NCBI GenBank assembly: GCA_031286095.1
Contig: JAITUY010000203.1
Coordinates: 1-51,902 of the forward strand
DNA: 51,902 bases
Direction: 5' to 3'
Origin: Treponema sp.
Lineage (GTDB): Bacteria; Spirochaetota; Spirochaetia; Treponematales; Breznakiellaceae
The notes beneath the pieces are model-generated. The model searched no databases. It saw only the letters and a program-made list of their open reading frames with translations, and had not been told where the DNA came from. Below are positions 9,294-16,528 of this stretch, piece after piece. The position numbers and the translations under genes were made by a program. Position 1 is the first letter of the stretch, and each line of letters starts with the position of its first letter.

Positions 9294-9941
9294 ATGCGGG
9301 AGATTATCATAATCGCCGCGATGTCGGAAAACAGGGTTATTGGTAAAAACAATGTTATGCCGTGGTCCATAAGAGAAGAGATGGCGCATTTTACAAAATT
9401 GACAAAAGGCTGGCCCTGTATCATGGGCAGGAAAACATGGGAATCTCTGAAAAAAAAGCCTTTGCCGGGACGGCTGAATGTCGTTATTTCGGGAAAATTG
9501 ATGAAAGAGAGGCAGTTTCACCCACGTATGAATAGCTCTGTCCCCGAAGGAAAAGCTCCGTCCTCAAGTGGCAACTCTGTTTCCAAGCGACAACTTTGCT
9601 CCCAAGCGATAACTATGTCCCCGGTCAACGGCTCTGTCCCCGTAGGAGAAGCTCTGTCCCCCGAGCAACTTTCTCCAAACCTGAAAATATTCCCCTCCCT
9701 GTCCACCGCCATTGAACACTGCGCTGGTTACGAGAAAGTTTTTATATGTGGCGGAGAATCAATTTACAGACAGGCTCTTTCGCTGGCGGACAAGATTGAG
9801 TTGTCCGTAATTCACCGTCAATACGACGGCGATACATATTTCCCGGAAATTGACAACGCTTGCTGGAAAATAAGCAACACGAAAGATTTTGACGATTTTT
9901 CATTTATCACTTACACTAGAATTAAACAGGAGCAGTTATGA
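9294..9941 (+). CDS. folA: Dihydrofolate reductase with an internal repeat-derived insertion of about 50 aa
   Basis: ENRVIGKNNVMPW, IMGRKTWES, PLPGRLNVVIS, FICGGESIY and GDTYFP motifs; directly follows thyA; 215 aa versus about 160 aa for typical DHFR. Confidence 0.93.
   Translation: MREIIIIAAMSENRVIGKNNVMPWSIREEMAHFTKLTKGWPCIMGRKTWESLKKKPLPGRLNVVISGKLMKERQFHPRMNSSVPEGKAPSSSGNSVSKRQLCSQAITMSPVNGSVPVGEALSPEQLSPNLKIFPSLSTAIEHCAGYEKVFICGGESIYRQALSLADKIELSVIHRQYDGDTYFPEIDNACWKISNTKDFDDFSFITYTRIKQEQL
9535..9677 (+). repeat. Degenerate 19-20 bp tandem array inside folA
   Basis: Unit cores start at 9535 GCTCTGTCCC, 9555 GCTCCGTCCT, 9574 ACTCTGTTTC, 9593 ACTTTGCTCC, 9612 ACTATGTCCC, 9631 GCTCTGTCCC and 9651 GCTCTGTCCC. 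Confidence 0.85.
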
Positions 9942-10852
9942 AAGGACCAATTTTGGCAGTGCTTGCCGCAGGAATGGGAAGCCGTTACGGCGGCCTTAAA
10001 CAGATGGACATTATAGGAAAGAACGGTGAAGTACTGCTTGATTATTCGGTATACGACGCGGTTAAATCCGGTTTTGAAAAAGTTGTTTTTATAATCCGCA
10101 GGGACATAGAAAAAGATTTTAGCGGAATTGTACTTGCGCGGATGGGTTCTAAAGTAAAATATGAATTGGCTTTTCAGGAGGCGGACAGTTTGATACCTCC
10201 CGATATTTTTCGCGCCGCTCAAGAGGCGGGAAGAACCAAGCCATGGGGAACAGGTCACGCCCTGCTTTGCGCCACGGATAAAATTGACGCGCCATTCACG
10301 GTGATAAACGCCGATGATTTCTACGGAAGAGAGGCCTTTGCTGTTATGTGCAGGCATCTCAATTCTTCCGGCGAGGCCGCTATAGTGCCGTACCGCCTTG
10401 AAAAAACGCTTAGTCACCAGGGAACGGTTGCGCGCGGCGTCTGCAGTGTTGCGGACGGCTACCTTTCCGGTGTTGAGGAACTTACCGCTATTGAAAAAAA
10501 AGACGGGCGGATCATAAATACCGCCCCCGGCGGCGTAATCCGCGAACTTCTTCCAGAAACGCCCGTGTCGATGAATTTCTGGGGTTTTCAGCCGGAAATA
10601 CTTCCTGAATTTAAAAAATATTTTGATGATTATCTAAAGGAATTTTCTGCGGACGTGAAAGGGCAGATAAAAAGCGAATGTTTTATCCCCAAAGCGGCGG
10701 ATTATTTTATAAACCGTGGGATAATTAAGATAAAAGCGTTATCCGCCAATTCTGACTGGTTTGGTGTAACTTACAAAGAAGACAAGGAGGCGGCAATTAA
10801 AAAAATTGGAGAGCTAACCTCCGAGGGCGTATATCCGCCTAAACTTTGGTAA
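9938..10852 (+). CDS. Sugar-phosphate nucleotidyltransferase family protein
   Basis: LAAGMGSRYGGLKQ signature, RTKPWGTGHA, INADDFYG, SMNFWGF and WFGVTY. Confidence 0.85.
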   Translation: MKGPILAVLAAGMGSRYGGLKQMDIIGKNGEVLLDYSVYDAVKSGFEKVVFIIRRDIEKDFSGIVLARMGSKVKYELAFQEADSLIPPDIFRAAQEAGRTKPWGTGHALLCATDKIDAPFTVINADDFYGREAFAVMCRHLNSSGEAAIVPYRLEKTLSHQGTVARGVCSVADGYLSGVEELTAIEKKDGRIINTAPGGVIRELLPETPVSMNFWGFQPEILPEFKKYFDDYLKEFSADVKGQIKSECFIPKAADYFINRGIIKIKALSANSDWFGVTYKEDKEAAIKKIGELTSEGVYPPKLW

Positions 10853-10918
10853 ATAGCGTTTGCCTGAAGAACGATAGCCCGTATGGAAACCTATTACTTT
10901 TATTTTGTAATCAAATAA

Positions 10919-11086
10919 TGGACTTATTCGACAACTGCGAACCTTCGGTTCGAGTTGGTTGCCTCACAAGTCTTGCGGTTTTTCAGGCTATAAGCCTGCG
11001 AACGCGGACTTTAGTCCGAAAGTTCGACAAAACCGCATTTTTTATATGAAGTTGTTCAGAAACTGAAGTTTCCGAACAACTCTATT
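10919..11086. repeat. Dispersed multi-hairpin intergenic element, copy B (apparently complete, ~167 bp)
   Basis: Matches 1-120 and 51790-51902; imperfect terminal inverted repeats; several nested stems; lies between convergent genes. Confidence 0.93.
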
Positions 11087-11092
11087 CTTTTT

Positions 11093-12052
11093 TTACCAAC
11101 TAAACCTTAATGCCATTCTTGCCCCTAAATATAGTTTATTGTTATCATTTATTGAATATTTAACTATATTGAAAAAAAGAAGCCCTATATCGCTACCACT
11201 GTTATATTCCCAAGTTAATGTTGGACTGAGCAAAATACTTAAATTTGGAGTAATATTATATCCAAAATAAGGTATTATACTTAAATAATTAATAAAATCA
11301 TCTATTATCTTATTATGTGAGACAATTTCTGGGTTAAAATAAAATTTATTACCTAAATCAAAAATAGCCCCGAAACCGCCGCCAAAAACAACTTGCTGTT
11401 TTATGCCGTTTATAAATGGGTTATATCCAACAATAAATGATGTATAAAACATTTTAACTCCAATTTTAAACGATATGTTAAAAGGAACTATTTCAGAAAC
11501 ACCAAATTCTATTGCTTTATATCCACCATTGCGTACTATTGATAAAAAACCAATGGGAATACCATTTTCAATGACATCAGTATAATTTATAAACCCTAAT
11601 TGCAAACCATTTAATGATTTCGGTGTTGTATTTATAAAGCCAAATTGGATTCCGCATATATCTCCGATTGAGGTATTTACAAATCCTAACTGCAAACCAT
11701 TTAATGATTTCGGTGTTGTATTTATAAAGCCAAATTGGACTCCGCGTATATCTCCGATTGAGGTATTTACAAATCCCATTTGAAGACCTGTTAGGCTTCC
11801 TCCTATTGTATTAACAAAACCAAACTGTACAGTAGAAAAATCTTTTTGGTTCCAATTCACAAATCCAATTTGCGGTAAATTATGACTACCGCCAGCAATA
11901 TTTATAAATCCAATTAATGGAAATGTAAATTGTTCATTAACTATATTAAAGAATAGCGTATATACGCTAGTCTCTTTATTATCCTCTGCAAAATTCAATG
12001 TTGTTATTGTAAAAGACAATAAAATTGTTATAATAAGCTTTTTAATTTTCAC
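11093..12052 (-). CDS. AT-rich exported protein with 15-aa G(L/V)Q(L/F)GF(V/I)N repeats and a probable C-terminal beta-barrel
   Basis: GTG start after AGAAGGA; signal peptide ending NFA; tandem GxQxGFxN repeats like spirochaetal LA_2272-type surface repeats; C-terminus ALRFSW ends in an aromatic residue. Confidence 0.7.
   Translation of the reverse strand: MKIKKLIITILLSFTITTLNFAEDNKETSVYTLFFNIVNEQFTFPLIGFINIAGGSHNLPQIGFVNWNQKDFSTVQFGFVNTIGGSLTGLQMGFVNTSIGDIRGVQFGFINTTPKSLNGLQLGFVNTSIGDICGIQFGFINTTPKSLNGLQLGFINYTDVIENGIPIGFLSIVRNGGYKAIEFGVSEIVPFNISFKIGVKMFYTSFIVGYNPFINGIKQQVVFGGGFGAIFDLGNKFYFNPEIVSHNKIIDDFINYLSIIPYFGYNITPNLSILLSPTLTWEYNSGSDIGLLFFNIVKYSINDNNKLYLGARMALRFSW
11601..11776. repeat. 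90-bp tandem duplication within the repeat-protein gene
   Basis: 11601-11686 versus 11691-11776 differ at two positions (11650/11740 and 11656/11746). Confidence 0.9.
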
Positions 12053-12143
12053 TAATACATCCTTCTGTGATATATATCTGATATTTTAACTTATATAAAG
12101 TAAATTTTCAAATAATCTTTGTTCCAATTTTGCTCAACTCCAA

Positions 12144-12569
12144 TTAAGCGCCGGTTCCGTACCTTGACGACGTAAGATCGTCAATCTCCGCCATTTGGTA
12201 ATCCAGCATTTCCTTGCGGTGTTCTTTTTCGCGTTTTTCTTTAAGTTTTTCAAGCGTTTTGAGTTCTTTGGACGCTTCAAGATAAAGGGCGCGTTTTTCC
12301 TCAACTGCAATTTCTGCCTGAGCCGCCTTTTCCATCAGCCGCTCGGCTGACTGATCCAGCCTTAAAATATAATTATCCCACGCGCCAATCTCCTTTGTGG
12401 TGCTGAATCTTTGCTCTGCGGCATTCTGACGTTTAACAGCGGTTAATTTAATCTCATTCTCTACCATATTAAGGTTACTGATAGCCTGTCCAAGTTCTAT
12501 TTTACATTCTTCTTCCCTGAATTTCCTTAATTGAAGAACTTTCTGAAGGCTAAAACTAAATTTTTTCAT
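12144..12569 (-). CDS. fliJ: Flagellar export protein FliJ
   Basis: MKKFSFSLQKVLQLR N-terminus, coiled coil, EIDD near the C-terminus; immediately downstream of fliI. Confidence 0.88.
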   Translation of the reverse strand: MKKFSFSLQKVLQLRKFREEECKIELGQAISNLNMVENEIKLTAVKRQNAAEQRFSTTKEIGAWDNYILRLDQSAERLMEKAAQAEIAVEEKRALYLEASKELKTLEKLKEKREKEHRKEMLDYQMAEIDDLTSSRYGTGA

Positions 12570-14119
12570 CCGTTATCCAATTTTAGATTATCCAACTTGG
12601 GATTATCTAATCCCTGATTATCTAATCCCAAACTGCCCATACCAGGTATCGAAGAAAAAAGGGCGGCAACACTGTTAAGCGCCTTGGCGGTATCTTCCAC
12701 AGAAGTTGTATTTGCAATCTGCTGTTTTTCTTTTCCAGCGCGTGCGGGACGGCTGTTTACAAAAGGTTTCGCATTTTTATCTGTCATTTCTACGGAAGGA
12801 ATTTCTATGCCTGTTATTTCCGACATTGCGGTAAGAGTATCTTCCAATGACGATGGTTCATCTATCTCCTGAACAAGAAATTCTTCTATTGAATTATGTT
12901 TGGCTATCGCTTCATCTATAGCGGGATTGGAACCGTTGCGGTACGCGCCTACATTGATAAGGTCTTCCGCTCCCGCATAAACAGCCATTTTTTTACGAAT
13001 TTCACCAGCCGCACTGTTGGCCGACTGTCCTGATACGGAAGATGCGAGACGGGAAACGCTCTGCAGTACGTCAATCGCCGGATAATGATAGCCCTGCGCA
13101 AGCTGCCGCGAAAGAACAATGTGCCCGTCCAGAATACCGCGAACAGTATCCGAGACAGGTTCGTCCATGTCGTCTCCATCTACAAGGACTGTGTAAAAGC
13201 CAGTTATACTGCCCTTTTCCGAAGTACCGGACCTTTCAAGAAGTTTCGGCATGGAATCAAACATGCTTGGAGGATAGCCCCTCGTCGCAGGAGGCTCGCC
13301 GGACGCAAGACCGATTTCCCTCATTGCGCGCGCATAGCGCGTAACAGAATCAAATAGCAACATTACGTCAAGTCCCTGATCACGAAAAAATTCCGCCACA
13401 GCGGTTGCAACATAAGCCCCGCGAAGACGGGCAAGGGGCGGTGAATTGGAAGGAGTTACTATTAATACGCTTCGCGCAAGTCCTTCAGAACCTAAATCTT
13501 TTTCTATAAAGTCGTTTACTTCCCGTCCGCGCTCGCCTATCAGAGCTACAACATTAACATCGGCGGATGTGTTACGCGCAATCATACCAAGAAGCGTAGA
13601 TTTACCGACGCCCGAACCTGAAAAAATACCAAGACGCTGGCCTTTGCCAACAGCAAGAAGACCGTCAATCGCCCTTACGCCTGTGGTAACCCGTTCTGTG
13701 ACCCGCCTCCTTGTTAAAGGATCGGGCGGATTTGTAAGAGCAGGATACATACAAACGGCGTCAATATCTCCCTTACCGTCAATCGGCGTCCCAAGAGCGT
13801 CCAGTACCCTGCCCAAAAGTTTATTTGATACAGGCACTTCAAGTCGGGAACCAAGAGCGACAACTCTGTCGCCTACTTCCAGTCCTTCTGTTCCCTCAAA
13901 CGCCATAAGCTGAACTATCTCGTCTTTAAGACCGACAACTTCGGCCCTTATTTGAGCGTTGCCGCGAGCGGCGATAATTCTGCAAACCTCGCCTATAATA
14001 GCCTGCGGTCCGTGGCTCTCTATCAATAAACCCTGAACATTAATTATTTTTCCAGTACATTTTATCGGATCGGTACGTTGAGCGGATTCAATATATTTTT
14101 CAAAAATTACAGTTTCCAC
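12566..14119 (-). CDS. fliI: Flagellar export ATPase FliI with C-terminal extension
   Basis: GQRLGIFSGSGVGKSTLLG Walker A, LIGERGREV, GEPPATRGYP and LDGHIVLSR. Start placed at GTG 14119 behind GGGGAGGGG (track start 14149). Confidence 0.95.
   Translation of the reverse strand: METVIFEKYIESAQRTDPIKCTGKIINVQGLLIESHGPQAIIGEVCRIIAARGNAQIRAEVVGLKDEIVQLMAFEGTEGLEVGDRVVALGSRLEVPVSNKLLGRVLDALGTPIDGKGDIDAVCMYPALTNPPDPLTRRRVTERVTTGVRAIDGLLAVGKGQRLGIFSGSGVGKSTLLGMIARNTSADVNVVALIGERGREVNDFIEKDLGSEGLARSVLIVTPSNSPPLARLRGAYVATAVAEFFRDQGLDVMLLFDSVTRYARAMREIGLASGEPPATRGYPPSMFDSMPKLLERSGTSEKGSITGFYTVLVDGDDMDEPVSDTVRGILDGHIVLSRQLAQGYHYPAIDVLQSVSRLASSVSGQSANSAAGEIRKKMAVYAGAEDLINVGAYRNGSNPAIDEAIAKHNSIEEFLVQEIDEPSSLEDTLTAMSEITGIEIPSVEMTDKNAKPFVNSRPARAGKEKQQIANTTSVEDTAKALNSVAALFSSIPGMGSLGLDNQGLDNPKLDNLKLDNG
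12573..12632 (-). repeat. 4 x 15 bp tandem repeat encoding xLDNx at the FliI C-terminus
   Basis: Plus-strand units ttatccaattttaga, ttatccaacttggga, ttatctaatccctga, ttatctaatcccaaa; peptide GLDNQGLDNPKLDNLKLDNG. Confidence 0.85.
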
Positions 14120-14172
14120 AGCCCCTCCCCTTTTAAGGCTGATACTCACGTTTTTAATGTGAGAAAAAATTT

Positions 14173-15309
14173 CTATGTTATTTTAAGTTTCTTGTCTGTT
14201 TCCCTTCTTCCTTTTGTGCCCATAGTCGCAAGAGCGGCTAACGCGGCAGATGCCGTAAGCGCCGCATTCGCGGCTGGAGACACTTCTTCTTCTTTTTCTT
14301 CGTTATTTCTTTTTATATTGTTAATCAGGTTTGTAGAAGCCGCCAGTTCCGTCTCAAGATTCGGAGTACGGTTAATTGCCTGCGATGAATGTTTTATCGG
14401 AGACAATTCGAGTATCTTTCTTTCCAGTTCCGAAAGCTGGCTGGAAATACGCGCGTCAATTTCACCAAAATCAGTTTCTATTATGCATCCGCCTTTATCA
14501 ACGGTTGTGTCTTCCAGTATTTGAATATCATTAACGCCTTCGACAAGTTTTATAAATTCCTGCTTGTGCTTCGTCGCAAGCTGTAAATCTTCCATATTGA
14601 CTCTGATTCTGCAAGAGCCTTTTGATTTAACCTTTCGCAAAGCTTGTGTTACATTAGAAATAATTACGTTTTCCTGATTCTCTGAAAGAACCTTTATGAC
14701 TTTACGAGAAATAAGCAAAACAAGATCAATTATTTCCTGTTCTGTTTCGGCAAGAATTTCCCCCCTCTTGTTTTGAGCGCGCTCAAGCATTACCTGCGTC
14801 CGTGAAATAAGCCTTTCTACTTCCGCCTTACCTTCGGCAAAGCCGGCTTCCTTGCCATCTTCCCTGCCCTTGTCCTGCGCCGCTTTAACTTCGCCGTCAA
14901 GTGTTTTTCTTACCTCGTCTTCCATCTCCTGTGATTTTTTCTTTGCGTCTTCGATGATTTTTTGCGCATCACTTTCAGCCTGCTGTTTTATTTGTTCTGC
15001 TTCGCCTGTCTTGCTTTGTATTTCCATTTGCGCCGTATCCTGCGCGTCCTGAATAATCTTTTCCGCCTGCGCTCTCGCATCGGAGATCATTCTTCCCTTT
15101 TCTTCTTCCCATTGAACCTTAAACATCTCGGCTTCACGCCGAAGATCGTCCGCTGTAGGTCCGGTATATTCTTCCACAACGTCTTCAATATCCTCAACTT
15201 CTTCCTGCGGAGCCAAATGCGCAAGATCGGCAAAAGACGTCGGAGAACTAATAAGCATTTTTTCCGGAAGAGCGACTAGCTCCTCCGGTCTGAATACGGC
15301 CTTCAGCAT
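14173..15309 (-). CDS. fliH: Flagellar assembly protein FliH with C-terminal extension
   Basis: AxxxGxxxG repeats (AQDKGREDGKEAGFAEG), GGCIIETDFGEIDARI; lies between fliG and fliI. Confidence 0.92.
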   Translation of the reverse strand: MLKAVFRPEELVALPEKMLISSPTSFADLAHLAPQEEVEDIEDVVEEYTGPTADDLRREAEMFKVQWEEEKGRMISDARAQAEKIIQDAQDTAQMEIQSKTGEAEQIKQQAESDAQKIIEDAKKKSQEMEDEVRKTLDGEVKAAQDKGREDGKEAGFAEGKAEVERLISRTQVMLERAQNKRGEILAETEQEIIDLVLLISRKVIKVLSENQENVIISNVTQALRKVKSKGSCRIRVNMEDLQLATKHKQEFIKLVEGVNDIQILEDTTVDKGGCIIETDFGEIDARISSQLSELERKILELSPIKHSSQAINRTPNLETELAASTNLINNIKRNNEEKEEEVSPAANAALTASAALAALATMGTKGRRETDKKLKIT

Positions 15310-15338
15310 AAATTACCCTCTTTAAAAAAATCACTTAT

Positions 15339-15467
15339 GGCTGTTTACGGCGTTCCACCGCATGTGGAATGTCAGGCGGCTATGCCGCCCCCGTAAACAT
15401 CTGCGTTAAGCGGCATTCTAATGCCGCTTAACGCGGTTGTATGCGCCGTTTTAATGGCGCATATAAC
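15339..15467. other. Highly structured fliG-fliH intergenic element (candidate ncRNA, REP or MITE)
   Basis: Branched stem TGTTTACGG/CCGTAAACA enclosing two hairpins; perfect 15-bp inverted repeat at 15403-15434; 15-bp inverted repeat with two G-T pairs at 15436-15467. Confidence 0.7.
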
Positions 15468-16525
15468 TAGACTACCAGCTCGTCTTCTCCGGCGCGCGCG
15501 ACAACGATTTCGCCGGTATCTTCCAAGTGGCGGATAATGGATACAATCTTCTGCTGTGATTCTTCTACGTCTTTCAAACGTACGGGACCCATGTATTCCA
15601 TATCTTCCTTGAGCATGCTCGCCGCACGTTTGGACATATTCTTGAATATCTTGTCCTGCACTTCCGAATCGACGGATTTGAGCGCCTTTGCGAGTTCCTG
15701 CGAGTCCACTTCGCGCATAACTTTCTGAATGGCGCGGTCGTCGAGCATAACGATGTCTTCGAACACGAACATTCTCTTTTTGATCTCTTCGGCAAGCTCG
15801 GGGTCTTCGTCTTCAAGAGCCTCAATAATCTGTTTTTCAGACGCGCGGTCTACAAGGTTAAGAATTTCTACGATGCTTTCTACGCCACCCGCCGCCGTAT
15901 AGTCTTCGCTGGACAGCGAAGAAAGTTTCTTTTCAAGTACGCGCTCAACTTCGCGCAATACTTCTGGACTTGTTCTGTCCATTGTGGCAATACGCCGCGC
16001 GACGTCGCTTTGAACTTCATGCGGCAGGTTTTGCAGAATAATCGAAGCCTTTGCGGGTTCCAGATAAGCTAGAATAAGCGCAATTGTCTGCGGGTGTTCC
16101 TGCTGAATAAAGTTCAGAAGGTGCGCCGGATCAGTTCTGCGGATAAAGTCGAAAGGCCGCACCTGAAGGCTAGAAGTAAGACGGTTTATAATGTCGATAG
16201 CCTTCTGGCTTCCAAGTGATTTTTCCAGCAGTTCCCTGGCGTAGTCGATACCGCCTGTGGAGATAAACTGGTTCGCCATCATCAGTTCCTGGAATTCCTG
16301 TAAAATGGCGTCCTTCTGTTCCGCGTCAATCGTCTCAAGACGCGCTATCTCGAAAGTTAGTGTTTCAATTTCATCTTCACGCAGATATTTAAATATCTCC
16401 GCTGAAATTTCCGATCCTATAGTTACAAGGAAAATAGCCGCCTTCTGGCGTCCGGTATATTCTTTTACCCCTTTCTTTTTGCTTGAGCTGGCGGTTGAAC
16501 CGGGTGTTAATGTTGTTTTTCCCAT
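15467..16525 (-). CDS. fliG: Flagellar motor switch protein FliG
   Basis: GRQKAAI, GGIDYARELL, EHPQTIALIL, GGVESIVEILN, MFVFED and NMSKRAA. Confidence 0.97.
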   Translation of the reverse strand: MGKTTLTPGSTASSSKKKGVKEYTGRQKAAIFLVTIGSEISAEIFKYLREDEIETLTFEIARLETIDAEQKDAILQEFQELMMANQFISTGGIDYARELLEKSLGSQKAIDIINRLTSSLQVRPFDFIRRTDPAHLLNFIQQEHPQTIALILAYLEPAKASIILQNLPHEVQSDVARRIATMDRTSPEVLREVERVLEKKLSSLSSEDYTAAGGVESIVEILNLVDRASEKQIIEALEDEDPELAEEIKKRMFVFEDIVMLDDRAIQKVMREVDSQELAKALKSVDSEVQDKIFKNMSKRAASMLKEDMEYMGPVRLKDVEESQQKIVSIIRHLEDTGEIVVARAGEDELVV

Positions 16526-16528
16526 CTT

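Larger units (their letters stand above)
4805..9660. repeat. Local cluster of the 10-mer GCTCTGTCCC / GGGACAGAGC around the Y1 transposase
   Basis: Exact forward copies start at 4805, 4847, 6050, 8297, 8328, 9535, 9631, 9651; exact reverse copies at 5437, 5797, 6920, 8364, 8814; one-mismatch copies at 5663, 6381, 8923. Confidence 0.92.

Noticed and set aside
9535-9677. Repeat-spacer array resembling a CRISPR
   Set aside because: Repeats of 10 bp and spacers of 9-10 bp are far too short, the array is inside folA, and there are no cas genes in the window.
10846-11049. 67-aa ORF after the nucleotidyltransferase, and the similar 81-aa ORF at 36027-36272
   Set aside because: Both are read through palindromic repeat elements and show no protein-like features.
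15436-15467. Integron attC site suggested by GTTGTAT...ATATAAC
   Set aside because: The core-like sites are in the reverse order for a single attC, and there is no integrase or cassette array in the window; kept only as a check under the fliG-fliH finding.
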